IMG/VR virus record: IMGVR_UViG_3300009545_000019
Length of the DNA stretch: 64,000 nt
Origin: an uncultured virus (IMG/VR IMGVR_UViG_3300009545_000019)
Taxonomy: Duplodnaviria > Heunggongvirae > Uroviricota > Caudoviricetes
Direction: 5' to 3' (one strand)
Shown here: positions 52,105 through 62,072 of the stretch, piece by piece
Numbering within the stretch: position 1 is the stretch's first letter
Layout: every line of letters begins with the position of its first letter
The notes under the pieces: model-generated
Told to the model about the DNA's origin: nothing
What the model saw: the letters and a program-made list of their open reading frames with translations, nothing else
Database searches by the model: none
Translations under genes and position numbers: made by a program

Positions 52105-52482
52105 CTAGTAACCTCGAACGAGGCAGCCAGCGGCGAGCGGATATCCCAGGTCGCGCATCAAGGTAGATAGCGCCTGCTTCACCGCCGTGCTTCCCGACGA
52201 GAGCGCCGACCGTACGACCGTCTGCATGTCCGCCGGAAGGTTCGCGTCGAGCGTGCACGTGTACTGGTAGGGCTGCGTGTAGAAGATTGGCTGCTGGAAG
52301 AACCCGCGCTGGCGATTGAACGGGAAGCCGCCGATCCGACCGAGGAACCCGCCTCGCTCTCGGAAGCTACCGCCTCGGCTAACGCCGAACCCGAGCCCTT
52401 GCGGCTGCGAAGGCGTGGACGGCTTCGGCGAGTTGCAACCCGAGCACGATGTATTCGAAACGCTGCAAGCTTCACACGACAT
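52105..52482 (-). CDS. Cys-rich protein carrying the shared C...GYPLAAGCL domain
   Basis: MSCEACS start; CTLDANLP...LGYPLAAGCL. Confidence 0.6.
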   Translation of the reverse strand: MSCEACSVSNTSCSGCNSPKPSTPSQPQGLGFGVSRGGSFRERGGFLGRIGGFPFNRQRGFFQQPIFYTQPYQYTCTLDANLPADMQTVVRSALSSGSTAVKQALSTLMRDLGYPLAAGCLVRGY

Positions 52483-52492
52483 GACGAGCTCC

Positions 52493-53137
52493 TTATGACT
52501 GCGGAACCGTGGGCAACGGTTTCGCCAGCGGGTTCCAATCCTTCGGGATGAGCACCTGCGTACCGGGGATCCATCCCGGGAAATTGTAGACGCCATTTTG
52601 GTCGGGTTGCAGCGTCCCGATCTGGTTCAGCGGAGGGCCGATCTCTCGAACCTGCGCGGCCGTCGGATACCCTCCGAGGTAGTACTTCGCGAGTCCGTAC
52701 GGTGTGTCGCCCGTCTGAATCACGAACGGCATTCCGCCGAGCTGTTCGAGCTGCGTCTGCTGCGCGAGCATCTGCTGCTGACCCTTCAGGCGGAGACATT
52801 GAGCCGTCTGCGGGAAGCCGGCGGCGTCCGCCTTGGTCGCGAGATCTTCGTAGCTCGCCTGCGTCAGCGTCGTCGATGCGAGGGCGTTGTTCACCTGGGC
52901 CTGCAACGGTGCAGGCACACCCGGATCAAAAGCGCACGTTCCGTCCGGTCGGAGAGGAGACGCGGGAGGCATCGGGGGGACAACCGGAGTCGGGGTCGGA
53001 GCAGGCGCTGGTGTTCCGCTTGGCTTCGGAGCAGGCTTCGGCACCGTCTCGGCCTTGGCCGTCCCGCTCAAAAGGAAGGCGCCTCCGGCGAGCGCCACGA
53101 GACCAACGAGCAAACCTGCGGAAGACTTTTTTGCCAT
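52493..53137 (-). CDS. Membrane-anchored LysM-domain protein
   Basis: FVIQTGDTPYGLAKYY...IPGTQVLIP; N-terminal anchor and shared Cys-bracketed domain. Confidence 0.75.
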   Translation of the reverse strand: MAKKSSAGLLVGLVALAGGAFLLSGTAKAETVPKPAPKPSGTPAPAPTPTPVVPPMPPASPLRPDGTCAFDPGVPAPLQAQVNNALASTTLTQASYEDLATKADAAGFPQTAQCLRLKGQQQMLAQQTQLEQLGGMPFVIQTGDTPYGLAKYYLGGYPTAAQVREIGPPLNQIGTLQPDQNGVYNFPGWIPGTQVLIPKDWNPLAKPLPTVPQS

Positions 53138-53140
53138 GAC

Positions 53141-53377
53141 CTATGCCTGCGCGGGTGCGGTTGGATTCCAATTGGGAGGAGGAGGCGAATCGGGGCTCGG
53201 CGGCCAGGCTGCGTTCGCGGGCCAGTTCGCCGGCTTGGTCGCGAAGGGAAGGCCGGCGGGCCACCAGGGCGGAGGCTTGCCCTCCGTCTGCGAGGGATGC
53301 GACGTGAGGGCTGCGATGCCGAGCGCAGCGACGCCGCCCGCTACCAGCCATCCAACAAGTCCGATTCCCTTCGCCAT
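53141..53377 (-). CDS. Small Pro/Trp-rich membrane-anchored protein
   Basis: MAKGIGLVGWLVAGG...PPPWWPAGLPF...WPPSP. Confidence 0.6.
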   Translation of the reverse strand: MAKGIGLVGWLVAGGVAALGIAALTSHPSQTEGKPPPWWPAGLPFATKPANWPANAAWPPSPDSPPPPNWNPTAPAQA

Positions 53378-53381
53378 CGTT

Positions 53382-54071
53382 CTATGCCTTCTTCGCAAGA
53401 AGCAGCCTGCATCGAGGCGCCGTCAAATCGTTCGCTTTGCCCAGATTCATACCAAGCTCGCCCGATGGATCCTCGTTCGAGCCGTCCGGGTTCTGCACCG
53501 TCACGTGATACAATATCCCATCGGGCATGCGCTGGGAGATCAAATTCGGCCGACAAGGATCACCTACGATGCGTCGTTCAGCGACTCGAGCGCAGGCGAG
53601 ATCTTCGCAAACGCCGTGGCCGCGCTGGTGGAGCGCCTCGATCGAATCCCATAGCTCCTCGGTGCCCTTCACCTTCGGCTTGTAGCAAACCGATTCGTAG
53701 ACGCTCGGGTACGCGCTCTTCCCGGCGGAACCGATGAGCCCATGCATCCTCGCGCGGATGCACCAGATATTGACCGCGACGAGCGCTTCGAGGGCGTCGT
53801 AGAAGACGACGGGCGGCCCGTTCGACCATGCCGGCGGGCTGTTCTTTGGAACGAGCACGCGCATGGCGACGATCTCAGGCTGATCGGAAGCCTCGTTGCT
53901 CCCGAAGTCTGTCGCCACACCCCAATGTTGCCCAGCCGGCTTTTCGTAATTCGTCAGCTCGAAGGCGAACTGCCGGATGATGTCGACCGCTTCCCCGTAA
54001 GGGACTCCGCGCTCATCCAAGTGTCCCGGAACTTCGAACGTGATCGGAAAAACCGAGCTGAAATGGCGCAC
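53382..54071 (-). CDS. Transglutaminase-like cysteine protease
   Basis: Catalytic triad pattern GVCEDLA (Cys), YHVTV (His), EDPS (Asp). Confidence 0.75.
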   Translation of the reverse strand: MRHFSSVFPITFEVPGHLDERGVPYGEAVDIIRQFAFELTNYEKPAGQHWGVATDFGSNEASDQPEIVAMRVLVPKNSPPAWSNGPPVVFYDALEALVAVNIWCIRARMHGLIGSAGKSAYPSVYESVCYKPKVKGTEELWDSIEALHQRGHGVCEDLACARVAERRIVGDPCRPNLISQRMPDGILYHVTVQNPDGSNEDPSGELGMNLGKANDLTAPRCRLLLAKKA

Positions 54072-54122
54072 AGGCTACCTGTTCTTTGCGAGGCGACCTG
54101 TGCGCCGTTCCGGCATGTTTCC

Positions 54123-54929
54123 TCAGACGCAGGGGCTGAAGCGGCGGAACTCTTCCGGCCCTTCCTTGAACCACGCGCCGGCCTTGAACGCGCGGGCGTT
54201 GGTCTCGACGCCATTGACGAGCGCCGACGGGAGGGTGTTCTTCACCGTGATCTTCAGCTTCTGACCGGGGCGAAGCATGTGCGTTCGGATGCCTTGGCCG
54301 CCGACCGCATCCTCGCGGAACATGCAGCCCGGGATGTCTCCCGTGCCGCCGAGCAGGCACTCGCGACCGACGCGGATCTCGACGACGTCAAAGACGTCGC
54401 AGGTGCCTTCCGGAATGACGATCGACCAGAGCATCATGTCGGTGTCGATCTCCATCTTGATCGTGGCCTGGAGACCCGGGGGGACCAAGCGACAACCGGT
54501 GCCGATGCCGACCGGGATCAGCTGCCCACGATCCATCTCCTGAACGGTTCGCCCGTCGAGGAACTGTTGCTGGATGCGCGGCGGCAGATCCTTGAGATCG
54601 CGGAGGAGCATCGCGTACGCGTACGCGGCGCCCGTCGGCGTGGCGGGGTTGTTGATGTCGGCGAGGTTCAGCGGCGCGCACGACATGCTGTACTGCGGAA
54701 TCGAGGCCGGAGGACCGAACCCGCAGTTGTTCCAAAACCCATCTCCTCCGAAGCGGGGATCCTGCGCCTGCGGCGCAGATCCAGCGAAACGCGGAGCGGG
54801 AGCAATTCGACGATCTCCAACGGGGAGATAGGGGTTGAATTTCACGAGAACTCTGCCTTCTGACAAGGTGAACTGTTTTTGTCCGTTTCCCCCGGACCTG
54901 CCGCCGACACCGGTCGGCGACAAGTTCAC
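54123..54929 (-). CDS. Candidate major capsid protein with a C-terminal single jelly-roll-like domain (start uncertain)
   Basis: About 120-aa C-terminal run of alternating beta strands (LIPVGIG, ATIKMEI, LWSIVIP, FDVVEIRVG, KLKITVKN, FKAGAW); second gene of the late operon. Fold is inferred. Confidence 0.5.
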   Translation of the reverse strand: MNLSPTGVGGRSGGNGQKQFTLSEGRVLVKFNPYLPVGDRRIAPAPRFAGSAPQAQDPRFGGDGFWNNCGFGPPASIPQYSMSCAPLNLADINNPATPTGAAYAYAMLLRDLKDLPPRIQQQFLDGRTVQEMDRGQLIPVGIGTGCRLVPPGLQATIKMEIDTDMMLWSIVIPEGTCDVFDVVEIRVGRECLLGGTGDIPGCMFREDAVGGQGIRTHMLRPGQKLKITVKNTLPSALVNGVETNARAFKAGAWFKEGPEEFRRFSPCV

Positions 54930-54984
54930 TTGCTGACTTCGGGCCTCATCCGCGAGGAGAAGCCTCAGCCGTCAGCGGAGCTTT

Positions 54985-55365
54985 TCAGGCAGCGGCTGCC
55001 GACTTCTGACCACGCTTGTACGCGGCCATGCCAGCGGCGTACGACGCGGCGCCCTCGCCAGCGGCGAGAACGAGGTCGGCCATGTCACCGGCGTACCCCG
55101 AGACAGCGTACGCGATGAGCGCGGCGCCGCCCCATGCGGAGATCGGCACGTTCGCGGCTTGCGCTCGGGCCGGGTACTTTCCCTCGACGTAGCCGAAGAG
55201 TCCGCCGGTCACGATGGCCGCTGCGGTCTCCTTGATCTGGTCGAGTTGAACCTTGTGCTCGAGGGCCGCTTTCTTGGCGCGGGCCACGAGACTGTTGTTC
55301 TCGCGAAGCAGGTGCTCCTGATCGCGAACGGAGAGGCTGCGTCCTTGCAAGATCGAATCTGCCAT
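54985..55365 (-). CDS. Hydrophobic structural protein, first gene of the late operon
   Basis: Ala/Gly-rich hydrophobic helices; GAGGA RBS. Confidence 0.65.
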   Translation of the reverse strand: MADSILQGRSLSVRDQEHLLRENNSLVARAKKAALEHKVQLDQIKETAAAIVTGGLFGYVEGKYPARAQAANVPISAWGGAALIAYAVSGYAGDMADLVLAAGEGAASYAAGMAAYKRGQKSAAAA

Positions 55366-55417
55366 TTTTCCTCAATGACCCGTGGTCGTTGTTCGCCAAT
55401 CGGCGGGGCAGACTAAG

Positions 55418-55446
55418 AGCTACCAGCCCCTGTTCCCCTTGGCAAG
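55418..55446 (-). promoter_or_regulatory. Putative late-operon promoter
   Basis: Minus strand TTGCCA-17 nt-TAGCTC; the GGTAGCTCT element recurs upstream of the 45403 start. Confidence 0.4.
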
Positions 55447-55451
55447 CCCCC

Positions 55452-55892
55452 CTATCGATGGATAGAGACAGAGATTCCGGAATCGTCATCATCCCGCTCA
55501 GACGGGTGATGAATGCTGACCGTCGACTCGTAGCGCGTCCTTCCCGCGAACGGAACGCGGCTCGGCGGCCGATCGACCGGCATCTGCACGTAGATGTACT
55601 GCACCTGCACCGGCGCAGCCTCGACGGCCTTCTTCTTTCGGCGCTTCTTCGGAACAAGCGCAGCCGCTGGCGCAGACCGGGATGCCGAAAGCTTCCGATC
55701 GTGCGCCGCCCGCTTCTCCGGGTCCGAGATCACGCCGAAGGCCCAGTTGATGTCCTTCAAGCGAGCCTCGGCCTTCGGCTTGTCCTTCGCTCTATCGGGG
55801 TGCTCGTTGAACACGAGGCGCTTGTAGACGAGCTCGACGATCTCGGTAGAGACCGACTCGGCCACCTGAAGCACCTCGTACGCGTTCCTCAA
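55452..55892 (-). CDS. J-domain (DnaJ-like) protein
   Basis: NAYEVLQV...YKRL...HPDR...INWAFGVISDPEKRAAHD. Confidence 0.85.
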   Translation of the reverse strand: MRNAYEVLQVAESVSTEIVELVYKRLVFNEHPDRAKDKPKAEARLKDINWAFGVISDPEKRAAHDRKLSASRSAPAAALVPKKRRKKKAVEAAPVQVQYIYVQMPVDRPPSRVPFAGRTRYESTVSIHHPSERDDDDSGISVSIHR

Positions 55893-56468
55893 GGAACCGC
55901 CACGTCCCCGTCGGCCAGTGCTTTGACGGCCTTGAGCGCGTCGTCGATGTTCGTCGGCTTGAAGAAGCTCCCCGGAGAGAGGAGCGACGATGCCCCGACG
56001 AGCCGCTGCACGAGGACTTCGGCGGGCAAGAGCTTGCGAGCATGCGTCTTGTACTTCCAGACGCCGGCCGTACGACCAAGCGGCAGAAAAACGATTTCGT
56101 ACACATGCTCGCCTGCGACGTCCGTTCGAGGCGCGAACGCTGAAAGACCTGCGGAGCCGTGTGGTACGAGAAGGTTCTCGCCGACCTTGACCTCGATGTA
56201 GCCCTCGGCCTTCTCGGGCTTGCGCGCCAGCATGGGCGAGGTGAGGCGAACGATCGCATACGCCTTGGTGTCTTGCAGAACGATCCCGCGAAAACCCGCG
56301 AGCTGCACGAAGTTGTTCGGCAGGGTGAACTGCGGCACGTAGACGCCGTCGATCTTGACGTCCAGATCGACGAACTGACGCAGATCACCGGGTGGAGGCG
56401 GCGGAAGGACTACCGGATCGGTAGCTTGCGCCTTCGTCTTCTTCTCGGCCTTCGGATCTTGCGCCGTA

Positions 56469-57350
56469 TCAGCGAGCTCGTTCATGTTGTTCCGTCCCTC
56501 GTTTCGGTTGTTTCGGCATCGCTCCGAGCCATCCCCTGGATGCATCCGGAACCTTCAATGCCTCCTTCAGGTCTAACACTCCCGTCTCTGCCGCGTCCAG
56601 GGCCGCGCGGATTCCACGAAGGACGAGAAGTTCGTTCGGAGTGGCCGACGCAGCCTTTTCGGCCACCTGCGCCTTCCATTGTTCGATGTCGCGAAGGTTC
56701 GCAGGCTCCGCCGTCCTCGAACCTTTCGGCCGACCGCCGCGTTTGTTCGCGAGGCGCGCATTGTAGGCTCGAACCTGCTGATCATGCGGCACCGTGAGGA
56801 CGGCCAGGAGATCGTTCGTATCGAATCGCTCCGGATTCGTGCGCCACGCGTCCCATAGGTCGAAGCAGAGCTTCTCCTTGATTCGGATGAGCTTCTCTAC
56901 GTATCGCGGTGAGAGGCCGATCTCAGGGCTGATCTGCTCGCACGTCCAACCGGAGCGCCGTTGGAGCCGATGCAAAGCCTCGGAGAGCTCCCACTGATAC
57001 AGATTCCTCCGGCACGAGTTCTCCGCGATGTTCTCGAGCAATGCGCGCAAGTCGTCCTGACCGGCGTCGCCCGTCGACGGCATGACCGAGCATCGGATCT
57101 TCTTCTTCGGTGCAACGCGCTCACATGATTCGACGCGCCGAAACCCGAAGATCAGCGAATAACCGCCGTCCGGATCGCGCCGAACACGAACGGGCTGAAG
57201 GAGCCCCTTCTGCCGGATCGACTCGTCGAGCTCGTGAACGGCTTCCCTTTGCTCGGCCGCGCTATGCTGGACAGTCTGACGCGTGTTCCACGCGCGTTCG
57301 ACGCGGATTTCGTGCGGGTAAAGGTCTACGTGCTCGGGCTCTCCGGCCAT
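56469..57350 (-). CDS. ParB/Spo0J-like protein
   Basis: LDESIRQKGLLQPVRV, LIFGFRR, ENSCRRNL, followed by an HTH. Confidence 0.8.
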   Translation of the reverse strand: MAGEPEHVDLYPHEIRVERAWNTRQTVQHSAAEQREAVHELDESIRQKGLLQPVRVRRDPDGGYSLIFGFRRVESCERVAPKKKIRCSVMPSTGDAGQDDLRALLENIAENSCRRNLYQWELSEALHRLQRRSGWTCEQISPEIGLSPRYVEKLIRIKEKLCFDLWDAWRTNPERFDTNDLLAVLTVPHDQQVRAYNARLANKRGGRPKGSRTAEPANLRDIEQWKAQVAEKAASATPNELLVLRGIRAALDAAETGVLDLKEALKVPDASRGWLGAMPKQPKRGTEQHERAR

Positions 57351-57367
57351 GCCGGGAGCATACCATG

Positions 57368-59982
57368 CTAGGCCGCTTGCATCTCCACGAGCATGAAGGC
57401 TGCTTCGACCGTGAGGCGCGGCTCCTTTTCACGAGCTGCCAGGACGAGAAGGCATTCTTCGAGCGCATCCCGGTCGCCCGTGAGCGCGAGGCGTAGAATG
57501 AGCTGCGGGTAGCGACCCGTTGCTTCGGCCTGGAGATCTCGAAGTTGAAGGACGAGTCGGCGAGTCATCGCGACGGCACCTCGCCTTCTCGAATCGTGTC
57601 GAGATTGCCGCGAAACGAGCGGCGACTTGCAATCCGGGAACCCGATCTTGCCGCGCCAAACTCGTCGAGCTCACGGTCCGCGGCTTGTGGGTCGCGCAGC
57701 ATGGCAAACGCCACGCCTTCAGCGTCGGTCAAACCGTACTTGTTGCGATACCAGCGCGAAGCGGGGCTCATGTTCATGACTCCTCCGACAGATCGGCGAT
57801 TGCGCCATCGATCATCATTCCGACCAGCGCCTTTCCAAATTCACATCCGGGCCAACGTTGATCCCACTCTCTGACGTGCGCCGCTCGGATCTCTCTCAGA
57901 GAAGATACGATAGGCGCATTCAAAGCCTCGCGTTGCGCCATATTCTGGGCAATGTGGTGACACTCGGCGCATTCCGGTCCTGACGTAGGCAGGTGCCCCT
58001 TGATGGGGCAGTGGAAAAGCGGATGGTCGTTGACCTTCCGGCATCCCGGACAGAGGACGTCAGCGGAGCCCGTTGGATCGTCGCACCATAGGCAGAGATT
58101 CATGACGGATCGCCCTCCCATTCGTGGCCTTCTTCGCGCTCGCGTCGCTCTTCCTCGAAGCATTCGAGGCATTGAAGATGCGTTTCTGTTGCCGTGTGTT
58201 CGGCGCCAGGGTGCCGAATGCAAGGCTTGAACCGAGCGGCATGTTCCTTGCGCAGACGTTGGACTAACCGGCTCACGGTGCGCCCGTTTTGCACTCGTCG
58301 CCGAGATCGCATTGCCCCGACGCGGGCCCGTTGACGGGCAATCCGCATCCCTCGCATTGCGCCTTCCAAAGGGCCTTATCTGCGGCCAGCTTCGCCCGCA
58401 TTGCCGCTTGGACTTTCGGATCGTCGTGGCGCCACTTGTAACGCGCATCTCCCGCATTGCTTCCGTAGACACGTCGAAGCTCCACCGAAAAGGCATCGTC
58501 AGCGGCTTGCGCCGCGCGGTAATGTTCGTGACTCATGGTGCCTCTCTTACCGAAAACTCCGGCACGTCATACATGATGCGGCCGGTTTTGAACGCTTCGC
58601 GCGCTTTCCTGTTCAGCCTATCAGCGAGACGCCATGCGATCGGCCACTTGTGGGATCCTTCGAGCGGTTTTTCGCCGCTCCAATCTTTTCGGATGACGAC
58701 GTAGCGCTTGGTTTTCATGACGCTTTCTCCCATCCCATGGCTTGCGCCTCAATAAAAAGTCGCGCTTCTTCCGGCGTTCGGCACCACTTGACCGCTTTCG
58801 GGCCCGTAGTGCTACCAGGAACACACGCCACGGCATGAACGGTTCCCTCGGGATGCCTTTCCGCGTACTGCGGCCCGCACGGGCCATAGTCGAGATAATG
58901 TCCGAAGCACCCTCGCCCGCCACATTCGAAAGACTCGCCCTCGATGCCGGGCCCGTAATACCAGCCACGATCCGTCGTGGCTTGCCGCGGGGCCTTAGAA
59001 ACGTGCCATTCAAACTTTCGCGAGCGCTTGGGCATGATGGTTCCTCTAACGCCTCAAGCCCCGATGCCATAGGCAAGCGGGGCGAGACGGAAAGCGGTTT
59101 TTTTAGACAGATTCGCCGTTCCTAAACCATGCTTCGGATTCCTCCCATCGTTTCTTGCCGTTTTCGGCATAGACGATGTGGAAGATCCCATAGATCGCGC
59201 CGTCTCGAGACTTGCTTACGTAGTCGTAGACGTAAGCGAGGCTTGTGCCAGGAACCACGGGCTCCCTTTCAGTCCCCACGAATGCGCCCGCTTGCAGCTT
59301 CGCGCGTCGAACCGTGTACTTCTCTTGTGAAGCTCTCATGACAGCCATTCCCGCGCGTACTGTCGCGCCGTTTCGCGGCTCGGATGTTGACGCCATGATG
59401 GATCGCCCATGCCTCTGTAGCGATAGGCAAACGTGCTCCACGTTCCGTGCGTCAGCTCGACGGATACACGCGAGAACGCGCGATCGAACGTGTCGCGGTG
59501 ATCGTAGCTCGTCTCCACGATCGAAGCTTCGCGGTACTTTCGCGCGCTTTCTTCGAGCAAGGAGACAATCTGAGGAGAGCGTTTCATCGTTTCCCTTTCT
59601 TAACGTTGCCGTTCTCGTCGCAATATCGGGACTCGCGCTCGCATCCGAGTGATTCCCCGTACTTGCTCACCCATTCCAACTGTTCGGGCGAGTAATCCGA
59701 AAAGTAATCCTCATCCGTGTCGCCCGGTTTCATCGCGACGAGAGACATGATCAATTCTCGTGCCTCGATGCCGTCGCTTGCCCCGTGGACAGCGCAGTAG
59801 AGTTGACCGCGCCGAAAGATAACCTTTCCTCCGTGCGACACTTCGCACGAAAGCTTGACGCGGCCCGCGCTGTCCCATCCGAGATCATCGAATGCCTTGA
59901 TAACGATAAGGCGAGCGTCGTGCTCGCGTCGGAAAAGGCGAACCCGAAGGGTAAAGGCGAGGTTTGGATCTTCGCGTTTCAT
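57368..59982 (-). other. Leftward early gene cluster of short hypothetical ORFs
   Basis: Coupled ORFs, e.g. 57368-57568, 57565-57777, 58273-58536, 58715-59035, 59336-59587, 59584-59982. Confidence 0.6.
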
Positions 59983-59995
59983 GACCAAGGCACCT

Positions 59996-60011
59996 TGCTC
60001 TAATCGTGCCA
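59996..60011 (-). promoter_or_regulatory. Sigma54-type (-24/-12) promoter, leftward
   Basis: TGGCACGATTAGAGCA with GG-N10-GC spacing. Confidence 0.55.
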
Positions 60012-60300
60012 AGCGAGGCGACCCTAGGAACGCTCGCCCGGTCAAGGCTACCTCCCTAGCCTGGCCGTCCCAAAACGACGCTAGAAGGCAAAGCGAGGCG
60101 AGACGGGCCAAGAAACGATCCTGGCGAGACGAGCGATCGGGGCCGCGAGGCGAAAGCGTTTTCTCATGAGGTGCGAAAAACGACGCCTCGAGACGCGAAC
60201 GGAGCGAAGCGCGAAGGGAGCTCGCGGTAACCGCGAAGCCAGGGTTACGAAAAACTGGCGAAAGATCTTCACACCTCCAGTTTTCGCGGGCTTTTCAGGA

Positions 60301-60316
60301 TGGCACGGTACTCGCA
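60301..60316 (+). promoter_or_regulatory. Sigma54-type (-24/-12) promoter, rightward
   Basis: TGGCACGGTACTCGCA with GG-N10-GC spacing. Confidence 0.6.
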
Positions 60317-61088
60317 AGGTCTCTTTCCGTGGTCAACGGTTGACCATCCGAAACCTCTCTAGGGAGAGGTCGGAAACTAGGAAACTATACCATGGCCAAG
60401 TTTTCGCAAGAAGAGTTTGACGCGAAGTTGGAAGAGATCCTTGACGATCAAACCGGAAGCTCGCTCCTCTTAATTCCCGGAATCTATGAGATCGTTTCCG
60501 AACATTTCAATAATGAGATCTTGGAAGCTATGGAAGAAGACGGATAACCCGCATCGCTAGCAGCACCGGCCCGACTCTCGCATGAGAGCGGGCCTTGGGG
60601 CGTTGGGAGACCACAATGGCTAATCAATTCTCTATCAAGATCGAATTGGGCAACGATGCCATGAGAACGCGCCGCGACGTCGTGCGAGTCCTTCGCGAGC
60701 TTGCGGCAACGATCGATGATGGCTCGAAACGAGAGGAAGGGAAGATCCGAGACGCAAACGGTAACAGCGTCGGATCGTGGTCCTTCGATTGATCGACCTT
60801 CTCGCCGGCGTTGGCCCGTACCCTGCAAGGGGTCGGGCCTTGGGGCGTTGAGGGAACATGAAAACTCGCAAGCTTTACGATTGTTTCGAGCGCGACACGC
60901 GGACCGATGGCACCGAGTTTGTAAAGGTCAAGGACGATGCTCCGGAATGGTTGCTCGACGCGGTACGCGAGTGCCAGGCGATTGCGTCGAAGATGCTGGA
61001 AGCCGTGAGTGAGAACTCCGGCGAGGAAGAAGACGACGCCGCGGAGTGACTTGAGTCCGCACGGTAGGGCGCCTCCGACGAGACGCCT

Positions 61089-62072
61089 CTCCGCGCGCAT
61101 CTAAGCGAAAGGATAGATCGATGAACATCGAACGAGAGTATCGTCGTCTACGGGCGAAGGATTGGCCAGCGCACGAAGCAATGCGGGCGGCCCGCGTCAA
61201 CGCTCAGTTTACCGAATATGAGGAGCAAGGCCTCGTGCGGTTCTATGCCGAGCCCGATGAGTGTTCTTTCATCGAAGAACACATCGGCGATTACTCGGAT
61301 CTCCCTGAAAAGCTCCGGAAGAAATACCAAGCGGAAGATCGTGAACTCGCCGAACGTGAAGGCATTTGGGTCTACCTCACGGCAATCCGCCCGAACAAGC
61401 GCACGCCTTGGAAGGTTGTGGATAGCCTGGGAGCTTGCGTCGGAGAGCTGAAGGATGCCGGCTACGACACCGACATGAAGGAAGCCGCGCTCGAAGCGTT
61501 GGATAATGCATTCGAAGCTGCGGCGGCAACTCTCACAGAACGTGCGACGTTCGCCGCAGGATGAAGCCATGAGCGACAAGCCAAACGGTTCCGGCAAGGG
61601 CCACTGCGACGTCTGCGGTCGAGAATACACCTGCACGTGATCCTTGCTGGCAAAAGTCGCCACACGTCGATGTTCGACCTCGGGATCGTTTCGTGAAAAC
61701 GCTGTCAGAGGTTACTAGTGTGCCGCGTGGTAGGGACATGAACGCCAGCGATTCCCAGGGATACGAAACCGCAACCCTTGACTACCTCGTGAGTGATGAA
61801 TCTTACGACGTAGAGATCCACGGGCCTTTGACCTGGATCTCCGATGAAAACGAAGAAGATTCTTCGGAAGAAGAATAGGCAGAAGCGCCGCAGCGCGCGG
61901 CTTCCTAAGCATGTCCAATGGCTGCTTCACGTACGAACGACGAGACGGTGCGCTAAGCGGCGTCTACCACGTCGTCGACGACACCGGCAGGCAAACCTCG
62001 TTCGCCGGCTGTGCTGAGGTGGTCGTCCTCTAAGGTCCGCACGGGCCACTCCGCGCGCATCTAAGCGAAAGG
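61089..62072 (+). repeat. 24-bp direct repeat ctccgcgcgcatctaagcgaaagg (61089-61112, 62049-62072)
   Basis: Exact copies, each ending 8 nt before an ATG and preceded by gtccgcacgg. Confidence 0.9.
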
